Both the position numbers and the translations under genes were made by a program. From a virus (taxonomy: Duplodnaviria > Heunggongvirae > Uroviricota > Caudoviricetes), in the IMG/VR virus record IMGVR_UViG_2512047041_000006: 47,976 bases of DNA. One strand, given 5' to 3'. Of the stretch, positions 25,997-36,648 are shown piece by piece (the first letter of the stretch is position 1; every line of letters begins with the position of its first letter). The notes below the pieces were generated by a model that saw nothing but the letters and a program-made list of their open reading frames with translations, was not told the origin of the DNA and did no database searches.

Positions 25997-26186
25997 ACTG
26001 CAGGCGCTGCGTCAGGCGCGCCTTGATTTATTAACCGGTAAACGGGTGGTGTCTGTCCAGAAAGATGGTCGCAGAATTGAATATACGGCAGCTTCTCTGG
26101 ATGAGCTTAACCGGGCGATCAATGATGCGGAGTCGGTACTGGGGACAACCCGCCGTCGCCGTCGTCCGCTGGGAGTGAGGTTATGA
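25980..26186 (+). CDS. W: Head-tail joining protein gpW
   Basis: 68 aa; LTGKRVVSVQKDGRRIEYTAAS resembles lambda W. Confidence 0.85.
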   Translation: MVTVAELQALRQARLDLLTGKRVVSVQKDGRRIEYTAASLDELNRAINDAESVLGTTRRRRRPLGVRL

Positions 26187-27775
26187 AACGAACGCCTGTC
26201 CTGATTGATGTGAACGGCGTTCCGCTTCGGGAGAGCCTCAGCTACAACGGTGGCGGTGCAGGATTTGGCGGGCAAATGGCAGAGTGGTTGCCACCCTCGC
26301 AGAGTGCCGATGCGGCCCTGCTGCCCGCGTTGCGTCTGGGGAATGCCCGTGCAGATGATCTGGTGCGCAATAACGGAATAGCGGCCAATGCGGTGGCCCT
26401 GCATAAGGATCACATTGTCGGGCATATGTTTCTGATTAGCTACCGTCCGAACTGGCGCTGGCTGGGGATGCGGGAGACCGCGGCAAAAAGTTTTGTCGAT
26501 GAGGTGGAGGCGGCCTGGTCAGAATACGCAGAAGGGATGTTTGGTGAGATCGACGTGGAAGGGAAACGCACGTTTACGGAATTTATCCGTGAAGGTGTGG
26601 GCGTTCATGCGTTTAACGGCGAAATCTTTGTGCAGCCGGTCTGGGATACGGAGAGCACGCAACTGTTTCGTACGCGTTTTAAAGCCGTGAGTCCGAAACG
26701 GGTGGACACGCCAGGACACGGTATCGGGAACCGTTTTCTGCGGGCCGGTGTGGAGGTTGATCGATATGGCCGTGCCGTTGCGTACCATATCTGTGAGGAT
26801 GATTTTCCTCGCTCCGGGAGTGGACGATGGGAACGGATCCCGCGTGAACTTCCCACCGGGCGTCCGGCCATGCTGCATATTTTCGAGCCGGTGGAGGACG
26901 GGCAGACCCGTGGAGCCAATCAGTTTTACAGCGTTATGGAACGGCTGAAGATGCTGGACTCCCTGCAGGCAACACAGCTTCAGTCGGCCATAGTGAAGGC
27001 GATGTATGCAGCGACGATTGAAAGTGACCTTGATACCGAAAAGGCCTTTGAATATATCGCCGGTGCGCCGCAGGGGCAGAAGGATAATCCGCTTATTAAT
27101 ATTCTGGATAAGTTCTCCACCTGGTATGACACGAATAGCGTGACGCTGGGCGGTGTCAAAATTCCGCACCTTTTCCCCGGTGATGATCTGAAACTTCAGA
27201 CCGCGCAGGATTCAGACAATGGATTTTCGGCGCTTGAACAGGCGCTGCTGCGGTATATCGCCGCCGGTCTTGGCGTTTCCTACGAACAGTTGTCCCGTGA
27301 TTACTCGAAGGTCAGTTATTCAAGTGCCCGCGCATCCGCCAATGAGTCGTGGCGCTATTTTATGGGGCGGCGAAAATTTATTGCGTCCCGACTGGCCACG
27401 CAGATGTTTTCCTGCTGGCTGGAAGAGGCACTTCTTCGGGGGATTATTCGTCCGCCACGGGCACGTTTTGATTTTTATCAGGCGCGATCAGCCTGGTCAC
27501 GGGCTGAGTGGATTGGAGCCGGAAGAATGGCCATTGACGGGCTCAAGGAGGTTCAGGAATCAGTGATGCGCATTGAGGCCGGACTGAGCACGTATGAGAA
27601 AGAGCTGGCGCTGATGGGCGAGGATTATCAGGACATTTTCCGCCAGCAGGTCAGGGAATCTGCAGAGCGGGAAAAAGCCGGACTCTCACGTCCGGTGTGG
27701 ATAGCGCAGGCGTATCAGCAGCAGATAGCGGAGAGTCGCAGGCCGGAAGAGGAGACAACACCACGTGAGACGTAA
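26183..27775 (+). CDS. B: Portal protein gpB
   Basis: 530 aa; size, position and sequence as lambda B. Confidence 0.9.
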   Translation: MKRTPVLIDVNGVPLRESLSYNGGGAGFGGQMAEWLPPSQSADAALLPALRLGNARADDLVRNNGIAANAVALHKDHIVGHMFLISYRPNWRWLGMRETAAKSFVDEVEAAWSEYAEGMFGEIDVEGKRTFTEFIREGVGVHAFNGEIFVQPVWDTESTQLFRTRFKAVSPKRVDTPGHGIGNRFLRAGVEVDRYGRAVAYHICEDDFPRSGSGRWERIPRELPTGRPAMLHIFEPVEDGQTRGANQFYSVMERLKMLDSLQATQLQSAIVKAMYAATIESDLDTEKAFEYIAGAPQGQKDNPLINILDKFSTWYDTNSVTLGGVKIPHLFPGDDLKLQTAQDSDNGFSALEQALLRYIAAGLGVSYEQLSRDYSKVSYSSARASANESWRYFMGRRKFIASRLATQMFSCWLEEALLRGIIRPPRARFDFYQARSAWSRAEWIGAGRMAIDGLKEVQESVMRIEAGLSTYEKELALMGEDYQDIFRQQVRESAEREKAGLSRPVWIAQAYQQQIAESRRPEEETTPRET

Positions 27776-29270
27776 TCTTTCACACATTATTGCAGCAGCA
27801 TTCAATGAACCGCTGCTTCTGGAGCCCGCCTATGCGCGGGTTTTCTTTTGCGCGCTCGGGCGCGAGATGGGGGCAGCAAGTCTTTCGGTACCACAACAGC
27901 AGGTACAGCTTGATGCACCCGGAATGCTGGCTGAAACGGACGAGTACATGGCCGGAGGTAAACGACCGGCCCGTGTTTACCGGGTGGTGAACGGTATTGC
28001 TGTACTGCCGGTGACCGGCACGCTGGTGCACCGGCTGGGGGGTATGCGGCCATTTTCCGGAATGACAGGCTATGACGGCATTGTCGCCTGTCTTCAGCAG
28101 GCAATGGCAGATAGCCAGGTGCGGGGTGTACTGCTGGACATTGACAGTCCGGGCGGGCAGGCCGCCGGTGCGTTTGACTGTGCTGACATGATTTACCGCC
28201 TCCGTCAGCAGAAGCCGGTCTGGGCACTGTGCAATGACACGGCCTGTTCTGCAGCCATGCTGCTGGCGTCGGCCTGCTCCCGACGGCTGGTTACCCAGAC
28301 ATCCCGTATCGGCTCCATTGGCGTGATGATGAGCCATGTCAGCTATGCCGGTCATCTGGCGCAGGCCGGTGTGGATATCACGCTGATTTACTCAGGGGCG
28401 CACAAGGTGGATGGCAATCAGTTTGAAGCGTTGCCGGAAGAGATTCGCCAGGACATGCAGCAGCGGATTGATGCGGCGCGCCGGATGTTTGCCGAAAAAG
28501 TGGCGATGTATACCGGTCTGTCTGTTGATGCAGTCACGGGAACAGAGGCCGCCGTTTTTGAAGGTCAGTCCGGCATTGAGGCCGGGCTGGCGGATGAATT
28601 AATCAATGCGTCGGATGCCATCAGCGTGATGGCTGCGGCGCTGAACACACATGATACAGGAGGCACTATGCCGCAATTAACTGCAACGGAAGCCGCCGTG
28701 CAGGAGAACCAGCGAGTGATGGGGATCCTGACGTGTCAGGAAGCGAAAGGACGTGAACACCTTGCCACGATGCTGGCAGGACAACAGGGCATGAGCGTTG
28801 AACAGGCCCGGGCGATTCTGACCGCGGCAGCACCACAGCAGCCGGTGGCATCCACGCAGAGTGAAGCCGATCGCATTATGGCGTGTGAAGAGGCTAAAGG
28901 TCGTGAACAACTGGCGGCAACGCTGGCGGCGATGCCGGAGATGACGGTGGAAAAAGCCCGCCCGATCCTTGCGGCTGCACCACTGGCGGATGCCGGACCC
29001 TCACTCCGTGATCAGATTATGGCTCTGGATGAGGCAAAAGGGGCTGAGGCGCAGGCTGAAAAACTGGCGGCGTTTCCCGGAATGACGGTGGAGGCTGCCC
29101 GCGACATTCTGTCCTCATCGCCGGATAAAGCAGAACCGGTCTCTGCATCCACAACCGCCCTGTTTGAACATTTCATGGCGAATCATTCACCGGCAGCGGT
29201 GCGGGGTGGCGTGTCACAGACGTCAGCAGACGGTGATGCGGACGTGAAAATGCTCATGGCCATGCCATGA
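27765..29270 (+). CDS. C: Head maturation protease/scaffold gpC (S49-type) with C-terminal Nu3-like scaffold region
   Basis: 501 aa; N-terminal FNEPLLLEPAYARVFFCAL as lambda C; three ~40-aa internal repeats in C-terminal third. Confidence 0.9.
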   Translation: MRRNLSHIIAAAFNEPLLLEPAYARVFFCALGREMGAASLSVPQQQVQLDAPGMLAETDEYMAGGKRPARVYRVVNGIAVLPVTGTLVHRLGGMRPFSGMTGYDGIVACLQQAMADSQVRGVLLDIDSPGGQAAGAFDCADMIYRLRQQKPVWALCNDTACSAAMLLASACSRRLVTQTSRIGSIGVMMSHVSYAGHLAQAGVDITLIYSGAHKVDGNQFEALPEEIRQDMQQRIDAARRMFAEKVAMYTGLSVDAVTGTEAAVFEGQSGIEAGLADELINASDAISVMAAALNTHDTGGTMPQLTATEAAVQENQRVMGILTCQEAKGREHLATMLAGQQGMSVEQARAILTAAAPQQPVASTQSEADRIMACEEAKGREQLAATLAAMPEMTVEKARPILAAAPLADAGPSLRDQIMALDEAKGAEAQAEKLAAFPGMTVEAARDILSSSPDKAEPVSASTTALFEHFMANHSPAAVRGGVSQTSADGDADVKMLMAMP

Positions 29271-29306
29271 AGTCAGTGCTGACCATCAATATGAGGTTTT
29301 TACAAT

Positions 29307-29654
29307 ATGGTAACGAAAACCATCACTGAACAGCGTGCGGAAGTACGTATTTTTGCCGGTAATGATCCGGCTCACACCGCCACAGGCAGCAGCGGGATTT
29401 CCTCGGCAACACCGGCACTGACACCCCTGATGCTGGATGGGGCCACCGGGAAACTGGTGGTCTGGGACGGACAGAAAGCCGGTAGTGCGGTTGGCATACT
29501 GGTACTGCCGCTTGAAGGCACAGAGGCGGTGCTGACGTATTACAAGTCGGGGACCTTTGCGACGGAGGCAATCCGCTGGCCTGAAAGTGTGGATGAACAC
29601 AAAAAGGCCAACGCCTTTACCGGCAGTGCCCTGAGTCACGCGGCGCTGCCGTAA
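29307..29654 (+). CDS. D: Head decoration protein gpD
   Basis: 115 aa; DPAHTAT...TPLMLD...WDG motif pattern as lambda D. Confidence 0.9.
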   Translation: MVTKTITEQRAEVRIFAGNDPAHTATGSSGISSATPALTPLMLDGATGKLVVWDGQKAGSAVGILVLPLEGTEAVLTYYKSGTFATEAIRWPESVDEHKKANAFTGSALSHAALP

Positions 29655-29711
29655 CACGTTATCAGGCCACCGCGTTGGCCTGACTGATTTCTTAATGAAA
29701 GGAACTGATTT

Positions 29712-30740
29712 ATGGGATTGTTTACGACCCGCCAGTTACTCGGTTATACCGAACAAAAAGTTAAATTCCGTGCGCTGTTTCTGGAGCTGTTTTTCCGCCG
29801 CACGGTGAATTTCCACACCGAAGAGGTGATGCTGGACAAAATTACCGGAAAAACGCCGGTGGCGGCCTATGTCTCCCCGATCGTTGAAGGAAAAGTGCTT
29901 CGCCATCGCGGTGGTGAAACCCGCGTGTTACGTCCGGGCTACGTCAAGCCCAAACACGAATTTAATTACCAGCAGGCGGTTGAGCGCCTTCCTGGTGAAG
30001 ATCCGGCTCAGCTGAACGACCCGGCCTACCGTCGTCTGCGTATCATTACCGATAACCTCAAACAGGAAGAGCACGCCATTGTCCAGGTGGAAGAAATGCA
30101 GGCGGTGAATGCCGTGCTGTATGGCAAATACACCATGGAAGGGGATCAGTTTGATACTGTCGAGGTGGATTTCGGGCGCTCTGAAGGAAATAACATTGAG
30201 CAGGCTGACGGTAAAAAATGGTCTGAGCAGGACCGTGATACGTTTGATCCGACGCATGATATTGACCTCTACTGCGATCAGGCCAGCGGCCTTGTGAATA
30301 TCGCCATTATGGACGGTACGGTCTGGCGTCTGCTGAATGGCTTTAAGCTGTTCCGCGAAAAACTGGATACCCGTCGCGGCTCAAATTCACAACTCGAAAC
30401 GGCAGTGAAAGACCTGGGGGCGGTGGTGTCCTTCAAGGGGTATTACGGCGATCTGGCCATTGTGGTGGCGAAAACGTCTTATGTGGCAGAGGACGGTACC
30501 GAAAAACGTTATCTGCCGGAGGGCACACTGGTCCTGGGGAATACGGCAGCAGAGGGCATTCGTTGCTATGGTGCCATTCAGGATGCGCAGGCGTTGTCCG
30601 AAGGTGTGGTGGCCTCTTCCCGTTATCCGAAACACTGGCTGACTGTGGGCGATCCGGCCCGTGAATTCACCATGACGCAGTCCGCACCGCTGATGGTGCT
30701 GCCGGATCCGGATGAGTTTGTGGTGGTACAGGTGAAATAA
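29712..30740 (+). CDS. E: Major capsid protein gpE
   Basis: 342 aa; extensive similarity to lambda E (YVSPIV.G.V, PGYVKPKHE, LDTRRGSNS.LETAVKDLG, DPAREFTM.QSAPLM). Confidence 0.95.
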   Translation: MGLFTTRQLLGYTEQKVKFRALFLELFFRRTVNFHTEEVMLDKITGKTPVAAYVSPIVEGKVLRHRGGETRVLRPGYVKPKHEFNYQQAVERLPGEDPAQLNDPAYRRLRIITDNLKQEEHAIVQVEEMQAVNAVLYGKYTMEGDQFDTVEVDFGRSEGNNIEQADGKKWSEQDRDTFDPTHDIDLYCDQASGLVNIAIMDGTVWRLLNGFKLFREKLDTRRGSNSQLETAVKDLGAVVSFKGYYGDLAIVVAKTSYVAEDGTEKRYLPEGTLVLGNTAAEGIRCYGAIQDAQALSEGVVASSRYPKHWLTVGDPAREFTMTQSAPLMVLPDPDEFVVVQVK

Positions 30741-30791
30741 TCCGTGAGCGGGGGCGAAATGCCCCCGTGTCTTTTTTCACAGGAGGCTGAG

Positions 30792-31175
30792 ATGGCAACA
30801 AAAGAAGAAAATCTGAATCGTCTTCGTCAACTGGCTGGCCTGCTGGGGCGCGAGGCGGATATGTCGGGGAGTGCTGCGGATATTGCTCAACGTGTGTCTG
30901 AGTGGGAAGAGGAGCTTGCTGTTTCCCCGGAGGGCATTATGCACTCTGATGAGAGCGGGGCTGATCAAAATCACACAGACGATGGTGAGCAGTTGCACAA
31001 CACTGATGCTACGGATGATGTTAAAGCGGTCCGTGTGCGGAAATGCCTGCATGTGATGGGGTATTGCCCGGAGACAGGCCGTCCCGTTGAACTGACGTAC
31101 CGGGGCATGCGTGTTATGGTGCCATCACCACTGGCGACAGCCATGATACAGCACGGAACGGCTGAGCATGCGTGA
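30792..31175 (+). CDS. FI: DNA packaging protein gpFI
   Basis: ATG 30792 with AGGAGG SD; position between E and FII; ORF track begins at 30744. Confidence 0.8.
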   Translation: MATKEENLNRLRQLAGLLGREADMSGSAADIAQRVSEWEEELAVSPEGIMHSDESGADQNHTDDGEQLHNTDATDDVKAVRVRKCLHVMGYCPETGRPVELTYRGMRVMVPSPLATAMIQHGTAEHA

Positions 31176-31521
31176 TTTTCAGAATGCCTTTGATGCTGCC
31201 CTTGCCGGGGTGGACAGCACGATTGTTGAAGTGATGGGGCTCTGTGCGCAGTTCACCTCGGGAGCACAGCGTGGAAGCGAAGTTCAGGGGGTTTTTGACG
31301 ATCCGGAGTCGCTGGGTTTTGCCGGTGGCGGGGGCCGTATTGAAGGAAGCAGCCCGTCATTATTTGTGCGGACGGATACGGTGCGTGCCGTGCGGCGTGG
31401 TGACACGCTGACCATTAACGGCGAGATGTTCTGGGTGGATCGTGTTTCTCCGGATGACGGGGGCAGCTGTTATCTCTGGCTCAACCGTGGGCAACCACCC
31501 GCTGTTAACCGGCGACGATAA
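31168..31521 (+). CDS. FII: Head-tail connector gpFII
   Basis: 117 aa; C-terminus DRVSPDDGGSC.LWL.RG.PPAVNRRR as lambda FII. Confidence 0.88.
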   Translation: MRDFQNAFDAALAGVDSTIVEVMGLCAQFTSGAQRGSEVQGVFDDPESLGFAGGGGRIEGSSPSLFVRTDTVRAVRRGDTLTINGEMFWVDRVSPDDGGSCYLWLNRGQPPAVNRRR

Positions 31522-31536
31522 ACGCAGGGTGAAATT

Positions 31537-32070
31537 ATGGCGATAAAAGGGCTTGATCAGGCGATTGATAATCTGAGCCGGGTTCGTAAAAACGCCATTC
31601 CGGCGGCTTCAGCAATGACGATTAACCGCGTGGCCACAACGGCGATTAATCAGTCTTCATCACAGGTTGCCCGGGAGACAAAGGTACGCCGGAAACTGGT
31701 AAAGGAACGGTCCAGACTGAAACGGGCGACGGTCAGAAATCCGAATGCCAGAATTATCGTTAACCGCGGTGATCTTCCAGTGATTAAGCTGGGGATCAGG
31801 ATGCTGGGCCGTCGTCCGAACAGCATACTTAAAGCCGGTCAGCATCGGTATCAGCGGGCATTCATTCAGCGATTAAAAAACGGTCGCTGGCATGTCATGC
31901 AGCGTGTGGCCGGGAAAAACCGTTACCCTATTGATGTGGTGAAAATCCCGATGGCGGCCCCACTGAAACAGGCATTTGATGAGAATATTGACCGTATCCG
32001 GCGTGAACGCCTGCCTAAAGAACTGGCATACGCGCTGAAACAACAACTGAGGATTGCGATAAAACGATGA
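31537..32070 (+). CDS. Z: Minor tail protein gpZ
   Basis: 177 aa; position and similarity to lambda Z. Confidence 0.85.
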   Translation: MAIKGLDQAIDNLSRVRKNAIPAASAMTINRVATTAINQSSSQVARETKVRRKLVKERSRLKRATVRNPNARIIVNRGDLPVIKLGIRMLGRRPNSILKAGQHRYQRAFIQRLKNGRWHVMQRVAGKNRYPIDVVKIPMAAPLKQAFDENIDRIRRERLPKELAYALKQQLRIAIKR

Positions 32071-32462
32071 AACACACTGACATTCGTGCCGCAGTGCTGG
32101 ATGCACTCGAGCAGCATGAACACGGGGCGACGCTGTTTGATGGTCGCCCCGTTGTTTTTGACGAAGAGGATTTTCCTGCGATCGCGGTTTATCTGACGGA
32201 TGCAGAGTATACCGGTGAAGAGCTGGATGCAGATACCTGGCGGGCCACGCTGCATATTGAGGTGTTTTTACCGGCACAGGTACCGGATTCAGAGCTTGAT
32301 CAGTGGATGGAAAGCCGGATTTACCCGGCGATGACTGCGATCCCGGCACTGGCAGGACTGATTACCACGATGGTTACGCAGGGCTATGAGTATCGTCGTG
32401 ATGACGATATGGCGTTATGGAGTTCTGCAGATCTGACTTATTCCATTACATACGAGATGTGA
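32067..32462 (+). CDS. U: Tail terminator gpU
   Basis: 131 aa; near-identical in length and motifs to lambda U ([25 protein letters not shown]). Confidence 0.9.
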   Translation: MKHTDIRAAVLDALEQHEHGATLFDGRPVVFDEEDFPAIAVYLTDAEYTGEELDADTWRATLHIEVFLPAQVPDSELDQWMESRIYPAMTAIPALAGLITTMVTQGYEYRRDDDMALWSSADLTYSITYEM

Positions 32463-32469
32463 GGACGAT

Positions 32470-33216
32470 ATGGCAACACCAAATCCCCTGGAGCCGGTAA
32501 AAGGTGCCGGTACCACTCTGTGGGTTTACAACGGCAAGGCTGATGCTTATGCAAACCCGTTGTCAGACGATGACTGGCAGCGACTGGCTAAGGTGAAGGA
32601 TCTGACGCCGGGCGAGATGACGGCTGAATCCTACGATGATAACTACCTGGATGATGAAGACGCGGACTGGAGCGCGACCGGGCAGGGGCAGAAATCTGCA
32701 GGTGATACCAGTTTTACGCTAGCCTGGAAACCGGGAGAGGAAGGCCAGAAAGGGCTTATAGGCTGGTTTGAAAGCGGCGATGTCCGGGCCTATAAAATCC
32801 GTTTTCCGAATGGCACGGTGGATGTGTTTCGTGGCTGGGTCAGCAGTATCGGTAAGGCCGTGACGGCGAAAGAAGTGATCACCCGCACGGTGAAAGTCAC
32901 TAACGTGGGTAAACCTTCTGTAGCGGAAGAACGCAGCAAAATTACGCCGGTCACTGCGATTAAGGTAACGCCGACAGGTACGGTTGAAAAAGGGAAAACA
33001 ACCACCCTGACCGTTACTGTGGAACCGGAAAATGCAACGGATAAGACATTCAGGGCGATTTCCGCCGATCCATCAAAAGCCACCATTAGCGTGAAAGATA
33101 TGACGATTACTGTGACGGGGGTTAAGGATGGAAAAGTCAGCATCCCTGTGATTTCCGGTAATGGTCAGTTTGCTGCGGTGGCTGAAATTACCGTTAATAA
33201 TGTGCCGGGTGGCTAA
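32470..33216 (+). CDS. V: Major tail tube protein gpV with C-terminal Ig-like domain
   Basis: 248 aa; lambda V-like N-terminal domain, Thr/Val-rich Big_2-like C-terminal domain. Confidence 0.9.
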   Translation: MATPNPLEPVKGAGTTLWVYNGKADAYANPLSDDDWQRLAKVKDLTPGEMTAESYDDNYLDDEDADWSATGQGQKSAGDTSFTLAWKPGEEGQKGLIGWFESGDVRAYKIRFPNGTVDVFRGWVSSIGKAVTAKEVITRTVKVTNVGKPSVAEERSKITPVTAIKVTPTGTVEKGKTTTLTVTVEPENATDKTFRAISADPSKATISVKDMTITVTGVKDGKVSIPVISGNGQFAAVAEITVNNVPGG

Positions 33217-33234
33217 AGAGCTGAGAGATAAGCG

Positions 33235-33666
33235 ATGTTCCTGAAAACAGAACAATTTGAATATAACGGTGTATCCGTCACGCTTTCTGAGCTGTCTGCG
33301 CTGCAGCGTATTGAGCATCTTGCCCTCCTGAAACGGCGGGCAGAAGAGGCTGAAGCCAGCGGCAACCTGCAGGTGAGTGTGGAAGATCTTGTCAGAACCG
33401 GCGCGTTTCTGGTGGCGATGTCCCTGTGGCATAACCATCCACAGAAAACGCAGTCACCGTCAATGAATGAGGCCGTGATGAAGATAGAGCAGGAAGTGCT
33501 CACCACCTGGCCTGCCGATGCCATTGCCCGGGCGGAAGACGTGGTGTTGTGCCTGTCCGGGATGATCGAAGCTGTTCGTCCGGATACTGATATTACTGAA
33601 GTGGCGAAAAATAACACGCTGACTGATGATGATTTTTCTGCGGGAAAGTCTTCGACGGCGAGCTGA
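33235..33666 (+). CDS. G: Tail assembly chaperone gpG
   Basis: 143 aa; MFLKTE.FE.NGV.VTLSELSALQRIEHLAL as lambda G; slippery heptamer G GGA AAG at 33642-33648 near 3' end. Confidence 0.88.
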   Translation: MFLKTEQFEYNGVSVTLSELSALQRIEHLALLKRRAEEAEASGNLQVSVEDLVRTGAFLVAMSLWHNHPQKTQSPSMNEAVMKIEQEVLTTWPADAIARAEDVVLCLSGMIEAVRPDTDITEVAKNNTLTDDDFSAGKSSTAS

Positions 33667-33692
33667 ACTTTGCCCTCAGACTGGCGCGTGAG

Positions 33693-34106
33693 ATGGGGAG
33701 ACCCGACTGGCGCGCCATGCTTGCCGGGATGACATCCACCGAATATGCCGACTGGCACCGTTTTTACCGCACGCATTATTTTCAGGATACCCAGCTGGAT
33801 ATGCATTTTTCCGGGCTGACGTACGCTGTACTCAGCCTGTTTTTTTGCGATCCGGATATGCATCCCTCTGATTTCAGTCTGCTTGTCCCCCGGCATGAGG
33901 AAGAGCAGGTGGAGAGGCCGGATGAGGACAAAATGCTGATGCAGAAAGCGGCAGGACTTGCCGGAGGCGTCCGGTTCGGTGGGGACGGAGGGCGCGATAT
34001 TTTATCGTCTGCGGATGTGGCGGATGTCATGGTGGATGATGCCGCATTAATGATGGCTTCAGCGGGGATTCCGGGAGGTGTGAGATATGTCCCAGCCGGT
34101 TGGTGA
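33693..34106 (+). CDS. T: gpT portion of G-T tail assembly fusion (expressed by -1 frameshift from G)
   Basis: ORF in -1 frame relative to G, beginning just after G; coordinates are the ATG-bounded ORF, true product joins at 33642-33648. Confidence 0.8.
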   Translation: MGRPDWRAMLAGMTSTEYADWHRFYRTHYFQDTQLDMHFSGLTYAVLSLFFCDPDMHPSDFSLLVPRHEEEQVERPDEDKMLMQKAAGLAGGVRFGGDGGRDILSSADVADVMVDDAALMMASAGIPGGVRYVPAGW

Positions 34107-36648
34107 TCTTGTTATTGACCTTAGTCTGGATGCTGTCCGTTTCGATGAGCAGATGAGCCGGGTAAGGCGTCATTTTTCAGGTCTGGATACCGACGCCAGA
34201 AAAACCGCCAGTGCTGTTGAACAGGGCCTGAGCCGCCAGGCGCTGGCTGCACAAAAAGCAGGGATTTCCGTCGGGCAGTATAAAGCGGCCATGCGAACCC
34301 TGCCCGCACAGTTTACGGATATCGCCACGCAGCTTGCCGGTGGTCAGAATCCCTGGCTGATCCTGCTGCAACAGGGCGGTCAGGTGAAGGACTCCTTCGG
34401 CGGGATGATCCCCATGTTCAGGGGGCTTGCCGGTGCGATCACCCTGCCGATGGTCGGGGTCACCTCGCTGGCGGTGGCGACAGGTGCGCTGGTGTACGCC
34501 TGGTACCAGGGAGATTCCACGCTTTCAGCGTTTAATAAAACCCTGGTTCTTTCCGGTAATCAGTCCGGACTGACTGCCGATCGCATGCTGACGCTCTCCA
34601 GAGCCGGACAGGCCGCAGGGCTGACGTTTAACCAGGCGAGTGAGTCACTGGCAGCCATGGTGAATGCCGGTGTGCGTGGTGGTGAACAGTTTGATGCCAT
34701 CAACCAGAGTGTCGCGCGTTTTGCTTCTGCATCCGGTGTGGAGGTGGACAAGGTTGCAGAGGCTTTCGGAAAACTGACCACTGACCCGACGTCGGGGCTG
34801 ATTGCGATGGCGAAGCAGTTCCATAACGTGACGGCGGAGCAGATTGCGTATGTTGCTCAGTTGCAGCGTTCCGGCGATGAAACCGGGGCATTGCAGGCGG
34901 CGAACGAGGCCGCAACGAAAGGGTTTGATGACCAGACCCGCCGCCTGAAAGAGAACATGGGCACGCTGGAGACCTGGGCAGACAGGACAGCGCGGGCATT
35001 CAAATCCATGTGGGATGCGGTGCTGGATATTGGTCGTCCTGATACCGCGCAGGAGATGCTGATTAAGGCAGAGGCTGCGTTTAAGAAAGCAGACGACATC
35101 TGGAATCTGCGCAAGGATGATTATTTTGTTAACGATGAAGCGCGGGCGCGTTACTGGGATGATCGTGAAAAGGCCCGTCTTGCGCTTGAAGCCGCCCGAA
35201 AGAAGGCTGAGCAGCAGACTCAACAGGACAAAAATGCGCAGCAGCAGAGCGATACCGAAGCGTCACGGCTGAAATATACCGAAGAGGCGCAGAAGGCTTA
35301 CGAACGGCTGCAGACGCCGCTGGAGAAATATACCGCCCGTCAGGAAGAACTGAACAAGGCACTGAAAGACGGGAAAATCCTGCAGGCGGATTACAACACG
35401 CTGATGGCGGCGGCGAAAAAGGATTATGAAGCGACGCTGAAAAAGCCGAAACAGTCCGGCGTGAAGGTGTCTGCGGGCGATCGTCAGGAAGACAGTGCTC
35501 ATGCTGCCCTGCTGACGCTTCAGGCAGAACTCCGGACGCTGGAGAAGCATGCCGGAGCGAATGAGAAAATCAGCCAGCAGCGCCGGGATTTGTGGAAGGC
35601 GGAGAGTCAGTTCGCGGTACTGGAGGAGGCGGCGCAACGTCGCCAGCTGTCTGCACAGGAGAAATCCCTGCTGGCGCATAAAGATGAGACGCTGGAGTAC
35701 AAACGCCAGCTGGCTGCACTTGGCGACAAGGTTACGTATCAGGAGCGCCTGAACGCGCTGGCGCAGCAGGCGGATAAATTCGCACAGCAGCAACGGGCAA
35801 AACGGGCCGCCATTGATGCGAAAAGCCGGGGGCTGACTGACCGGCAGGCAGAACGGGAAGCCACGGAACAGCGCCTGAAGGAACAGTATGGCGATAATCC
35901 GCTGGCGCTGAATAACGTCATGTCAGAGCAGAAAAAGACCTGGGCGGCTGAAGACCTGCTTCGCGGGAACTGGATGGCAGGCCTCAGGTCCGGCTGGAGT
36001 GAGTGGGAAGAGAGTGCCACGGACAGTATGTCGCAGGTAAAAAGTGCTGCCACGCAGACCTTTGATGGTATTGCACAGAATATGGCGGCGATGCTGACCG
36101 GCAGTGAGCAGAACTGGCGCAGCTTCACCCGCTCCGTGCTGTCCATGATGACAGAAATTCTGCTTAAGCAGGCAATGGTGGGGATTGTCGGGAGTATCGG
36201 CAGCGCTATTGGCGGGGCTGTTGGTGGCGGCGCATCCGCGTCAGGCGGTACAGCCATTCAGGCAGCTGCGGCGAAATTCCATTTTGCGACCGGAGGATTT
36301 ACGGGAACCGGCGGCAAATATGAACCTGCGGGGATTGTTCATCGCGGGGAGTTTGTCTTCACGAAGGAGGCGACCAGCCGGATTGGTGTCGGCAATCTGT
36401 ACCGCCTGATGCGGGGCTATGCGGAAGGTGGTTATGTCGGCGGTGCCGGAAGTCCGGCGCAGATGCGGCGGGCGGAAGGCATTAATTTTAATCAGAACAA
36501 TCACGTGGTGATTCAGAACGACGGCCCCAACGGGCGGGCAGGGCCGCAGCTGATGAAAGCGGTGTATGAGATGGCCCGCAAGGGGGCACAGGATGAACTC
36601 CGGCTGCAGTTGCGTGATGGCGGTATGTTATCAGGGAGCGGTGGATGA
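34087..36648 (+). CDS. H: Tail tape measure protein gpH
   Basis: 853 aa, same length as lambda H; coiled-coil rich; Gly-rich C-terminal region. Confidence 0.9.
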   Translation: MSQPVGDLVIDLSLDAVRFDEQMSRVRRHFSGLDTDARKTASAVEQGLSRQALAAQKAGISVGQYKAAMRTLPAQFTDIATQLAGGQNPWLILLQQGGQVKDSFGGMIPMFRGLAGAITLPMVGVTSLAVATGALVYAWYQGDSTLSAFNKTLVLSGNQSGLTADRMLTLSRAGQAAGLTFNQASESLAAMVNAGVRGGEQFDAINQSVARFASASGVEVDKVAEAFGKLTTDPTSGLIAMAKQFHNVTAEQIAYVAQLQRSGDETGALQAANEAATKGFDDQTRRLKENMGTLETWADRTARAFKSMWDAVLDIGRPDTAQEMLIKAEAAFKKADDIWNLRKDDYFVNDEARARYWDDREKARLALEAARKKAEQQTQQDKNAQQQSDTEASRLKYTEEAQKAYERLQTPLEKYTARQEELNKALKDGKILQADYNTLMAAAKKDYEATLKKPKQSGVKVSAGDRQEDSAHAALLTLQAELRTLEKHAGANEKISQQRRDLWKAESQFAVLEEAAQRRQLSAQEKSLLAHKDETLEYKRQLAALGDKVTYQERLNALAQQADKFAQQQRAKRAAIDAKSRGLTDRQAEREATEQRLKEQYGDNPLALNNVMSEQKKTWAAEDLLRGNWMAGLRSGWSEWEESATDSMSQVKSAATQTFDGIAQNMAAMLTGSEQNWRSFTRSVLSMMTEILLKQAMVGIVGSIGSAIGGAVGGGASASGGTAIQAAAAKFHFATGGFTGTGGKYEPAGIVHRGEFVFTKEATSRIGVGNLYRLMRGYAEGGYVGGAGSPAQMRRAEGINFNQNNHVVIQNDGPNGRAGPQLMKAVYEMARKGAQDELRLQLRDGGMLSGSGG

